DNA from: Azolla caroliniana
Lineage: Eukaryota; Plantae; Polypodiophyta
Direction: 5' to 3'
Assembly: GCA_043228905.1 (NCBI GenBank)
Contig: JBHGNT010000060.1
Span: 1-64,000, forward strand
DNA length: 64,000 bases
The position numbers and the translations under genes were made by a program. A model generated the notes under the pieces. It made no database searches and had not been told where the DNA came from. It was given only the letters and a program-made list of their open reading frames with translations. This document shows positions 10,401 to 23,429 of this stretch, in pieces; position 1 is the stretch's first letter, and every line of letters starts with the position of its first letter.

Positions 10401-13400
10401 TCAGGTCAAGAGACATGAAGAAATTTAGGACATTTGAAGAGGTAGTGGAGAACAGCCCGTGAGTCAATTAAAATGTTCATACCTGGCTCGTGTGATATCG
10501 GATTTTTGTGTTCAAACATGCGTATCGAAGCTAACAACGCTAGCTATGCTATAGAATAAAAAAATCAAGATTTTGAAACTCAGGTCGAGAGACATAAAGA
10601 AATTAGCACATTTGAGGAGGTAGTGGAGAACAGCCCGTTAGGAAATAAAAAAGTTCATACCTGGCTCGTGTGATATCGGATTTTTGTGTTCAAACATGCG
10701 TATCGAATCTAAGAGCGCTAGCTATGCTATAGAATTAAAAAATCCAGATTTTGAAACTCAGGTCGAGAGACATGAAGAAATTAGCACATTTGAGGAAGTA
10801 GTGGAGAACAGCCCGTTAGGAAATAAAAAAGTTCATACCTGGCTCGTGTGATATCGGATTTTTGTGTTCAAACATGCGTATCGAAGCTAACAACGCTAGC
10901 TATGCTATAGAATTAAAAAATGCAGATTTTGAAACTCAGGTCGAGAGACATAAAGAAATTAGCACATTTGAGGAGGTAGTGGAGAACAGCCCGTTAGGAA
11001 ATAAAAAAGTTCATACCTGGCTCGTGTGATATCGGATTTTTGTGTTCAAACATGCGTATCGAAGCTAACAACGCTACCTATGATATGGAATAAAAAAATC
11101 AAGATTTTAAAACTCAGGTCAAGAGACATGAAGAAATTTAGGACATTTGAGGAGGTAGTGGAGAACAGCCCGTGAGTCAATTAAAATGTTCATACCTGGC
11201 TCGCGTGATATCGGATTTTTGTGTTCAAACATGCGTATCGAAGCTAACAACACTAGCTATGATATGGAATAAAAAAATCAAGATTTTGAAACTCAGGTCG
11301 AGAGACATGAAGAAATTAGCACATTTGAGGAGGGACTTGAGAAGAGCCCATGAGTCAATTAAAATGTTCATACCTAGCTCCTGTGATATCGGATTTTTGT
11401 GTTCAAACATGCGTATCGAAGCTAACAACGCTAGCTATGCTATAGAATTAAAAAATCAAGATTTTGAAACTCAGGTCGAGAGACATAAAGAAATTAGCAC
11501 ATTTGAGGAGGTAGTGGAGAACAGCCCGTTAGGAAATAAAAAAGTTCATACCTGGCTCGTGTGATATCGGATTTTTGTGTTCAAATATGCGTATCGAATC
11601 TAAGAGCGCTAGCTATGCTATAGAATTAAAAAATCAAGATTTTGAAACTCAGGTCGAGAGACATGAAGAAATTAGCACATTTGAGGAGGTAGTGAGGAAC
11701 AGCCCGTTAAGAAATAAAAATGTTCATACCTGGCTCGTGTGATATCGGATTTTTGTGTTCAAAGATCCGTATCGAATCTAAGAACGCTAGCTATGCTATA
11801 GAATTAAAAAATCCAGATTTTGAAACTCAGGTCAAGAGACATGAAGAAATTTAGGACATTTGAGGAGGTAGTGGAGAACAGCCCGTGAGTCAATTAAAAT
11901 GTTCATACCTGGCTCGCGTGATATCGGATTTTTGTGTTCAAACATGCGTATCGAAGCTAACAACACTAGCTATGATATGGAATAAAAAAATCAAGATTTT
12001 GAAACTCAGGTCGAGAGACATGAAGAAATTAGCACATTTGAGGAGGGACTTGAGAAGAGCCCATGAGTCAATTAAAATGTTCATACCTAGCTCCTGTGAT
12101 ATCGGATTTTTGTGTTCAAACATGCGTATCGAAGCTAACAACGCTAGCTATGCTATAGAATTAAAAAATCAAGATTTTGAAACTCAGGTCGAGAGAAATG
12201 AGGAAGTTAGCAAATTAGAGGAGGGACTTGAAAAGAGGCCGTGAGTCAATTAAAATGTTCATACCTGGCTCGTGTGACATCGGATTTTTATGTTCAAACA
12301 TGCGTATTGAAGCTAACAACGCTAGCTATGCTATAGAATAAAAAAATCAAGATTTTGAAACTCAGGTCGAGAGACATGAAGAAATTAGCACATTTGAGGA
12401 GGGACATGAGAAGAGCCCATGAGTCAATTAAAATGTTCATACCTGGCTCGTGTGATATCGGACTTTTGTGTTCAAACATGCGTATCGAAGCTAACAACGC
12501 TACCTATGATATGGAATAAAAAAATCAAGATTTTGAAACTCAGGTCAAGAGACAGGAAGAAATTTAGGACATTTGAGGAGGTAGTGGAGAACAGCCCGTG
12601 AGTCAATTAAAATGTTCATACCTGGCTCGCGTGATATCGGATTTTTGTGTTCAAACATGCGTATCGAAGCTAACAACACTAGCTATGATATAGAATAAAA
12701 AAATCAAGATTTTGAAACACAGCTCGAGAGACATGAAGAAATTAGCACATTTGAGGAGGTAGTGGAGAACAGCCCGTGAGTCAATTAAAATGTTCATACC
12801 TGGCTCGTGTGATATCGGATTTTTGTGTTCAAACATGCGTATCGAAGCTAACAACGCTAGCTATGCTATAGAATTAAAAAATCCAGATTTTGAAACTCAG
12901 GTCGAGAGACATGAAGAAATTAGCACATTTGAGGAGGGACTTGAGAAGAGCCCGTTACGAAATAGAAATGTTCATACCTGGCTCGTGTGATATCGGATTT
13001 TTGTGTTCAAACATGCGTATCGAAGCTAACAACGCTAGCTATGCTATAGAATAAAAAAATCAAGATTTTGAAACTCAGGTCGAGAGACATGAAGAAATTA
13101 GCACATTTGAGGAGGTAGTGAGGAACAGCCCGTTAAGAAATAAAAATGTTCATACCTGGCTCGTGTGATATCGGATTTTTGTGTTCAAAGATCCGTATCG
13201 AATCTAAGAACGCTAGCTATGCTATAGAATTAAAAAATCCAGATTTTGAAACTCAGGTCGAGAGACATGAAGAAATTAGCACATTTGAGGAGGGACTTGA
13301 GAAGAGCCCATGAGTCAATTAAAATGTTCATACCTGGCTCCTGTGATATCGAATTTTTGTGTTCAAACATGCGTATCGAAGCTAACAACGCTAGCTATGC

Positions 13401-16400
13401 TATAGAATTAAAAAATCAAGATTTTGAAACTCAGGTCGAGAGACATGAGGAAGTTAGCAAATTAGAGGAGGGACTTGAAAAGAGGCCGTGAGTCAATTAA
13501 AATATTCATACCACGCTCGTGTGATATCGGATTTTTGTGTTCAAACATGCGTATGGGAAGCTAACAACGCTAGCTATGCTATAGAATAAAAAAATCCAGA
13601 TTTTGAAACTCAGGTCGAGAGACATGAAGAAATTAGCACATTTGAAGAGGTAGTGGAGAACAGCCCGTTAGGAAATTAAAATGTTCATACCTGGCTCGTG
13701 TGATATCGGACTTTTGTGTTCAAACATGCGTATCGAAGCTAACAACGCTACCTATGATATGGAATAAAAAAATCAAGATTTTGAAACTCAGGTCAAGAGA
13801 CAGGAAGAAATTTAGGACATTTGAGGAGGTAGTGGAGAACAGCCCGTGAGTCAATTAAAATGTTCATACCTGGCTCGCGTGATATCGGATTTTTGTGTTC
13901 AAACATGCGTATCGAAGCTAACAACACTAGCTATGATATAGAATAAAAAAATCAAGATTTTGAAACACAGCTCGAGAGACATGAAGAAATTAGCACATTT
14001 GAGGAGGTAGTGGAGAAGAGCCCATGAGTCAATTAAAATGTTCATACCTGGCTCGTGTGATATCGGATTTTTGTGTTCAAACATGCGTATCGAAGCTAAC
14101 AACTCTAGCTATGCTATAGAATTAAAAAATCCAGATTTTGAAACTCAGGTTGAGAGACATGAAGAAATTAGCACATTTGAGGAGGTAGTGGAGAACAGCC
14201 CGTTAGGAAATAAAAATGTTCATACCTGGCTCGTGTGATATCGGAGTTTTGTGTTCAAACATGCGTATCGAAGCTAACAACACTAGCTATGCTATAGAAT
14301 TAAAAATCAAGATTTTGAAACTCAGGTCGAGAGACATGAGGAAGTTAGCAAATTAGAGGAGGGACTTGAAAAGAGGCCGTGAGTCAATTAAAATGTTCAT
14401 ACCTGGCTCGTGTGATATCGGATTTTTGTGTTCGAACATGCGTATCGAAGCTAACAACGCTAGCTATGCTATAAAATTAAAAAATCCAGATTTTGAAACT
14501 CAGGTCGAGAGACATGAAGAAATTAGCACATTTGAGGAGGGACTTGAGAAGAGCCCATGAGTCAATTAAAATGTTCATACCTGGCTCGTGTGATATCGGA
14601 TTTTTGTGTTCAAACATGCGTATCGAAGCTAACAACGTTAGCTATGTTATAGAATTAAAAAATCAAGATTTTGAAACTCAGGTCGAGAGACATAAAGAAA
14701 TTAGCACATTTGAGGAGGTAGTGGAGAACAGCCCGTTAGGAAATAAAAAAGTTCATACCTGGCTCGTGTGATATCGGATTTTTGTGTTCAAATATGCGTA
14801 TCGAATCTAAGAGCGCTAGCTATGCTATAGAATTAAAAAATCCAGATTTTGAAACTCAGGTCGAGAGACATGAAGAAATTAGCACATTTGAAGAGGTAGT
14901 GGAGAACAGCCCGTTAGGAAATAAAAAAGTTCATACCTGGCTCGTGTGATATCGGATTTTTGTGTTCAAACATGCGTATCGAAGCTAACAACGCTACCTA
15001 TGATATGGAATAAAAAAATCAAGATTTTGAAACTCAGGTCAAGAGACATGAAGAAATTTAGGACATTTGAAGAGGTAGTGGAGAACAGCCCGTGAGTCAA
15101 TTAAAATGTTCATACCTGGCTCGTGTGATATCGGATTTTTGTGTTCAAACATGCGTATCGAAGCTAACAACGCTAGCTATGCTATAGAATAAAAAAATCA
15201 AGATTTTGAAACTCAGGTCGAGAGACATAAAGAAATTAGCACATTTGAGGAGGTAGTGGAGAACAGCCCGTTAGGAAATAAAAAAGTTCATACCTGGCTC
15301 GTGTGATATCGGATTTTTGTGTTCAAACATGCGTATCGAATCTAAGAGCGCTAGCTATGCTATAGAATTAAAAAATCCAGATTTTGAAACTCAGGTCGAG
15401 AGACATGAAGAAATTAGCACATTTGAGGAAGTAGTGGAGAACAGCCCGTTAGGAAATAAAAAAGTTCATACCTGGCTCGTGTGATATCGGATTTTTGTGT
15501 TCAAACATGCGTATCGAAGCTAACAACGCTAGCTATGCTATAGAATTAAAAAATGCAGATTTTGAAACTCAGGTCGAGAGACATAAAGAAATTAGCACAT
15601 TTGAGGAGGTAGTGGAGAACAGCCCGTTAGGAAATAAAAAAGTTCATACCTGGCTCGTGTGATATCGGATTTTTGTGTTCAAACATGCGTATCGAAGCTA
15701 ACAACGCTACCTATGATATGGAATAAAAAAATCAAGATTTTAAAACTCAGGTCAAGAGACATGAAGAAATTTAGGACATTTGAGGAGGTAGTGGAGAACA
15801 GCCCGTGAGTCAATTAAAATGTTCATACCTGGCTCGCGTGATATCGGATTTTTGTGTTCAAACATGCGTATCGAAGCTAACAACACTAGCTATGATATGG
15901 AATAAAAAAATCAAGATTTTGAAACTCAGGTCGAGAGACATGAAGAAATTAGCACATTTGAGGAGGGACTTGAGAAGAGCCCATGAGTCAATTAAAATGT
16001 TCATACCTAGCTCCTGTGATATCGGATTTTTGTGTTCAAACATGCGTATCGAAGCTAACAACGCTAGCTATGCTATAGAATTAAAAAATCAAGATTTTGA
16101 AACTCAGGTCGAGAGACATAAAGAAATTAGCACATTTGAGGAGGTAGTGGAGAACAGCCCGTTAGGAAATAAAAAAGTTCATACCTGGCTCGTGTGATAT
16201 CGGATTTTTGTGTTCAAATATGCGTATCGAATCTAAGAGCGCTAGCTATGCTATAGAATTAAAAAATCAAGATTTTGAAACTCAGGTCGAGAGACATGAA
16301 GAAATTAGCACATTTGAGGAGGTAGTGAGGAACAGCCCGTTAAGAAATAAAAATGTTCATACCTGGCTCGTGTGATATCGGATTTTTGTGTTCAAAGATC

Positions 16401-19400
16401 CGTATCGAATCTAAGAACGCTAGCTATGCTATAGAATTAAAAAATCCAAATTTTGAAACTCAGGTCGAGAGACATGAAGAAATTAGCACATTTGAGGAGG
16501 GACTTGAGAAGAGCCCATGAGTCAATTAAAATGTTCATACCTGGCTCCTGTGATATCGAATTTTTGTGTTCAAACATGCGTATCGAAGCTAACAACGCTA
16601 GCTATGCTATAGAATTAAAAAATCAAGATTTTGAAACTCAGGTCGAGAGACATGAGGAAGTTAGCAAATTAGAGGAGGGACTTGAAAAGAGGCCGTGAGT
16701 CAATTAAAATATTCATACCACGCTCGTGTGATATCGGATTTTTGTGTTCAAACATGCGTATGGGAAGCTAACAACGCTAGCTATGCTATAGAATAAAAAA
16801 ATCCAGATTTTGAAACTCAGGTCGAGAGACATGAAGAAATTAGCACATTTGAAGAGGTAGTGGAGAACAGCCCGTTAGGAAATTAAAATGTTCATACCTG
16901 GCTCGTGTGATATCGGACTTTTGTGTTCAAACATGCGTATCGAAGCTAACAACGCTACCTATGATATGGAATAAAAAAATCAAGATTTTGAAACTCAGGT
17001 CAAGAGACAGGAAGAAATTTAGGACATTTGAGGAGGTAGTGGAGAACAGCCCGTGAGTCAATTAAAATGTTCATACCTGGCTCGCGTGATATCGGATTTT
17101 TGTGTTCAAACATGCGTATCGAAGCTAACAACACTAGCTATGATATAGAATAAAAAAATCAAGATTTTGAAACACAGCTCGAGAGACATGAAGAAATTAG
17201 CACATTTGAGGAGGTAGTGGAGAAGAGCCCATGAGTCAATTAAAATGTTCATACCTGGCTCGTGTGATATCGGATTTTTGTGTTCAAACATGCGTATCGA
17301 AGCTAACAACTCTAGCTATGCTATAGAATTAAAAAATCCAGATTTTGAAACTCAGGTTGAGAGACATGAAGAAATTAGCACATTTGAGGAGGTAGTGGAG
17401 AACAGCCCGTTAGGAAATAAAAATGTTCATACCTGGCTCGTGTGATATCGGAGTTTTGTGTTCAAACATGCGTATCGAAGCTAACAACACTAGCTATGCT
17501 ATAGAATTAAAAATCAAGATTTTGAAACTCAGGTCGAGAGACATGAGGAAGTTAGCAAATTAGAGGAGGGACTTGAAAAGAGGCCGTGAGTCAATTAAAA
17601 TGTTCATACCTGGCTCGTGTGATATCGGATTTTTGTGTTCGAACATGCGTATCGAAGCTAACAACGCTAGCTATGCTATAAAATTAAAAAATCCAGATTT
17701 TGAAACTCAGGTCGAGAGACATGAAGAAATTAGCACATTTGAGGAGGGACTTGAGAAGAGCCCATGAGTCAATTAAAATGTTCATACCTGGCTCGTGTGA
17801 TATCGGATTTTTGTGTTCAAACATGCGTATCGAAGCTAACAACGTTAGCTATGTTATAGAATTAAAAAATCAAGATTTTGAAACTCAGGTCGAGAGACAT
17901 AAAGAAATTAGCACATTTGAGGAGGTAGTGGAGAACAGCCCGTTAGGAAATAAAAAAGTTCATACCTGGCTCGTGTGATATCGGATTTTTGTGTTCAAAT
18001 ATGCGTATCGAATCTAAGAGCGCTAGCTATGCTATACAATTAAAAAATCCAGATTTTGAAACTCAGGTCGAGAGACATGAAGAAATTAGCACATTTGAAG
18101 AGGTAGTGGAGAACAGCCCGTTAGGAAATAAAAAAGTTCATACCTGGCTCGTGTGATATCGGATTTTTGTGTTCAAACATGCGTATCGAAGCTAACAACG
18201 CTACCTATGATATGGAATAAAAAAATCAAGATTTTGAAACTCAGGTCAAGAGACATGAAGAAATTTAGGACATTTGAAGAGGTAGTGGAGAACAGCCCGT
18301 GAGTCAATTAAAATGTTCATACCTGGCTCGTGTGATATCGGATTTTTGTGTTCAAACATGCGTATCGAAGCTAACAACGCTAGCTATGCTATAGAATAAA
18401 AAAATCAAGATTTTGAAACTCAGGTCGAGAGACATAAAGAAATTAGCACATTTGAGGAGGTAGTGGAGAACAGCCCGTTAGGAAATAAAAAAGTTCATAC
18501 CTGGCTCGTGTGATATCGGATTTTTGTGTTCAAACATGCGTATCGAATCTAAGAGCGCTAGCTATGCTATAGAATTAAAAAATCCAGATTTTGAAACTCA
18601 GGTCGAGAGACATGAAGAAATTAGCACATTTGAGGAAGTAGTGGAGAACAGCCCGTTAGGAAATAAAAAAGTTCATACCTGGCTCGTGTGATATCGGATT
18701 TTTGTGTTCAAACATGCGTATCGAAGCTAACAACGCTAGCTATGCTATAGAATTAAAAAATGCAGATTTTGAAACTCAGGTCGAGAGACATAAAGAAATT
18801 AGCACATTTGAGGAGGTAGTGGAGAACAGCCCGTTAGGAAATAAAAAAGTTCATACCTGGCTCGTGTGATATCGGATTTTTGTGTTCAAACATGCGTATC
18901 GAAGCTAACAACGCTACCTATGATATGGAATAAAAAAATCAAGATTTTAAAACTCAGGTCAAGAGACATGAAGAAATTTAGGACATTTGAGGAGGTAGTG
19001 GAGAACAGCCCGTGAGTCAATTAAAATGTTCATACCTGGCTCGCGTGATATCGGATTTTTGTGTTCAAACATGCGTATCGAAGCTAACAACACTAGCTAT
19101 GATATGGAATAAAAAAATCAAGATTTTGAAACTCAGGTCGAGAGACATGAAGAAATTAGCACATTTGAGGAGGGACTTGAGAAGAGCCCATGAGTCAATT
19201 AAAATGTTCATACCTAGCTCCTGTGATATCGGATTTTTGTGTTCAAACATGCGTATCGAAGCTAACAACGCTAGCTATGCTATAGAATTAAAAAATCAAG
19301 ATTTTGAAACTCAGGTCGAGAGAAATGAGGAAGTTAGCAAATTAGAGGAGGGACTTGAAAAGAGGCCGTGAGTCAATTAAAATGTTCATACCTGGCTCGT

Positions 19401-22400
19401 GTGACATCGGATTTTTATGTTCAAACATGCGTATTGAAGCTAACAACGCTAGCTATGCTATAGAATAAAAAAATCAAGATTTTGAAACTCAGGTCGAGAG
19501 ACATGAAGAAATTAGCACATTTGAGGAGGGACATGAGAAGAGCCCATGAGTCAATTAAAATGTTCATACCTGGCTCGTGTGATATCGGACTTTTGTGTTC
19601 AAACATGCGTATCGAAGCTAACAACGCTACCTATGATATGGAATAAAAAAATCAAGATTTTGAAACTCAGGTCAAGAGACAGGAAGAAATTTAGGACATT
19701 TGAGGAGGTAGTGGAGAACAGCCCGTGAGTCAATTAAAATGTTCATACCTGGCTCGCGTGATATCGGATTTTTGTGTTCAAACATGCGTATCGAAGCTAA
19801 CAACACTAGCTATGATATAGAATAAAAAAATCAAGATTTTGAAACACAGCTCGAGAGACATGAAGAAATTAGCACATTTGAGGAGGTAGTGGAGAACAGC
19901 CCGTGAGTCAATTAAAATGTTCATACCTGGCTCGTGTGATATCGGATTTTTGTGTTCAAACATGCGTATCGAAGCTAACAACGCTAGCTATGCTATAGAA
20001 TTAAAAAATCCAGATTTTGAAACTCAGGTCGAGAGACATGAAGAAATTAGCACATTTGAGGAGGGACTTGAGAAGAGCCCGTTACGAAATAGAAATGTTC
20101 ATACCTGGCTCGTGTGATATCGGATTTTTGTGTTCAAACATGCGTATCGAAGCTAACAACGCTAGCTATGCTATAGAATAAAAAAATCAAGATTTTGAAA
20201 CTCAGGTCGAGAGACATGAAGAAATTAGCACATTTGAGGAGGTAGTGAGGAACAGCCCGTTAAGAAATAAAAATGTTCATACCTGGCTCGTGTGATATCG
20301 GATTTTTGTGTTCAAAGATCCGTATCGAATCTAAGAACGCTAGCTATGCTATAGAATTAAAAAATCCAGATTTTGAAACTCAGGTCGAGAGACATGAAGA
20401 AATTAGCACATTTGAGGAGGGACTTGAGAAGAGCCCATGAGTCAATTAAAATGTTCATACCTGGCTCCTGTGATATCGAATTTTTGTGTTCAAACATGCG
20501 TATCGAAGCTAACAACGCTAGCTATGCTATAGAATTAAAAAATCAAGATTTTGAAACTCAGGTCGAGAGACATGAGGAAGTTAGCAAATTAGAGGAGGGA
20601 CTTGAAAAGAGGCCGTGAGTCAATTAAAATATTCATACCACGCTCGTGTGATATCGGATTTTTGTGTTCAAACATGCGTATGGGAAGCTAACAACGCTAG
20701 CTATGCTATAGAATAAAAAAATCCAGATTTTGAAACTCAGGTCGAGAGACATGAAGAAATTAGCACATTTGAAGAGGTAGTGGAGAACAGCCCGTTAGGA
20801 AATTAAAATGTTCATACCTGGCTCGTGTGATATCGGACTTTTGTGTTCAAACATGCGTATCGAAGCTAACAACGCTACCTATGATATGGAATAAAAAAAT
20901 CAAGATTTTGAAACTCAAGTCAAGAGACATGAAGAAATTTAGGACATTTGAGGAGGTAGTGGAGAACAGCCCGTGAGTCAATTAAAATGTTCATACCTGG
21001 CTCGTGTGATATCGGATTTTTATGTTCAAACATGCGTATTGAAGATAACAACGCTAGCTATGCTATAGAATTAAAAAATCAAGATTTTGAAACTCAGGTC
21101 GAGAGACATGAAGAAATTAGCACATTTGAGGAGGTAGTGGAGAACAGCCCGTGAGTCAATTAAAATGTTCATACCTGGCTCGTGTGATATCGGATTTTTG
21201 TGTTCAAACATGCGTATCGAAGCTAACAACGCTAGCTATGCTATAGAATAAAAAAATCAAGATTTTGAAACTCAGGTCGAGAGACATAAAGAAATTAGCA
21301 CATTTGAGGAGGTAGTGGAGAACAGCCCGTTAGGAAATAAAAAAGTTCATACCTGGCTCGTGTGATATCGGATTTTTGTGTTCAAACATGCGTATCGAAT
21401 CTAAGAGCGCTAGCTATGCTATAGAATTAAAAAATCCAGATTTTGAAACTCAGGTCGAGAGACATGAAGAAATTAGCACATTTGAGGAAGTAGTGGAGAA
21501 CAGCCCGTTAGGAAATAAAAAAGTTCATACCTGGCTCGTGTGATATCGGATTTTTGTGTTCAAACATGCGTATCGAAGCTAACAACGCTAGCTATGCTAT
21601 AGAATTAAAAAATGCAAATTTTGAAACTCAGGTCGAGAGACATAAAGAAATTAGCACATTTGAGGAGGTAGTGGAGAACAGCCCGTTAGGAAATAAAAAA
21701 GTTCATACCTGGCTCGTGTGATATCGGATTTTTGTGTTCAAACATGCGTATCGAAGCTAACAACGCTACCTATGATATGGAATAAAAAAATCAAGATTTT
21801 AAAACTCAGGTCAAGAGACATGAAGAAATTTAGGACATTTGAGGAGGTAGTGGAGAACAGCCCGTGAGTCAATTAAAATGTTCATACCTGGCTCGTGTGA
21901 CATCTGATTTTTATGTTGAAACATGCGTATTGAAGCTAACAACCCTAGCTATGCTATAGAATAAAAAAATCAAGATTTTGAAACTCAGGTCGAGAGACAT
22001 GAAGAAATTAGCACATTTGAGGAGGGACATGAGAAGAGCCCATGAGTCAATTAAAATGTTCATACCACGCTCGTGTGATATCGGATTTTTGTGTTCAAAC
22101 ATGCGTATCGAAGCTAACAACTCTAGCTATGCTATAGAATTAAAAAATCCAGATTTTGAAACTCAGGTTGAGAGACATGAAGAAATTAGCACATTTGAGG
22201 AGGTAGTGGAGAACAGCCCGTTAGGAAATAAAAAAGTTCATACCTGGCTCGTGTGATATCGGATTTTTGTGTTCAAACATGCGTATCGAAGCTAACAACG
22301 CTACCTATGATATGGAATAAAAAAATCAAGATTTTAAAACTCAGGTCAAGAGACATGAAGAAATTTAGGACATTTGAGGAGGTAGTGGAGAACAGCCCGT

Positions 22401-23429
22401 GAGTCAATTAAAATGTTCATACCTGGCTCGCGTGATATCGGATTTTTGTGTTCAAACATGCGTATCGAAGCTAACAACACTAGCTATGATATGGAATAAA
22501 AAAATCAAGATTTTGAAACTCAGGTCGAGAGACATGAAGAAATTAGCACATTTGAGGAGGGACTTGAGAAGAGCCCATGAGTCAATTAAAATGTTCATAC
22601 CTAGCTCCTGTGATATCGGATTTTTGTGTTCAAACATGCGTATCGAAGCTAACAACGCTAGCTATGCTATAGAATTAAAAAATCAAGATTTTGAAACTCA
22701 GGTCGAGAGAAATGAGGAAGTTAGCAAATTAGAGGAGGGACTTGAAAAGAGGCCGTGAGTCAATTAAAATGTTCATACCTGGCTCGTGTGACATCGGATT
22801 TTTATGTTCAAACATGCGTATTGAAGCTAACAACGCTAGCTATGCTATAGAATAAAAAAATCAAGATTTTGAAACTCAGGTCGAGAGACATGAAGAAATT
22901 AGCACATTTGAGGAGGGACATGAGAAGAGCCCATGAGTCAATTAAAATGTTCATACCTGGCTCGTGTGATATCGGACTTTTGTGTTCAAACATGCGTATC
23001 GAAGCTAACAACGCTACCTATGATATGGAATAAAAAAATCAAGATTTTGAAACTCAGGTCAAGAGACAGGAAGAAATTTAGGACATTTGAGGAGGTAGTG
23101 GAGAACAGCCCGTGAGTCAATTAAAATGTTCATACCTGGCTCGCGTGATATCGGATTTTTGTGTTCAAACATGCGTATCGAAGCTAACAACACTAGCTAT
23201 GATATAGAATAAAAAAATCAAGATTTTGAAACACAGCTCGAGAGACATGAAGAAATTAGCACATTTGAGGAGGTAGTGGAGAACAGCCCGTGAGTCAATT
23301 AAAATGTTCATACCTGGCTCGTGTGATATCGGATTTTTGTGTTCAAACATGCGTATCGAAGCTAACAACGCTAGCTATGCTATAGAATTAAAAAATCAAG
23401 ATTTTGAAACTCATGTCGAGAGACATGAA

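Larger units (their letters stand above)
361..23390. repeat. Higher-order repeat domain based on a 22-mer (3920 bp) unit, ~5 length-variant copies
   Basis: The private marker TATGGGAAGC (preceded by AATATTCATACCACG) occurs at 1971, 8919, 13552, 16759 and 20679, giving spacings of 6948, 4633, 3207 and 3920 bp (39, 26, 18 and 22 monomers). Matching ORFs at 7252/11172 are 3920 apart and those at 19012/22399 are 3387 apart (19 monomers). Confidence 0.92.
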
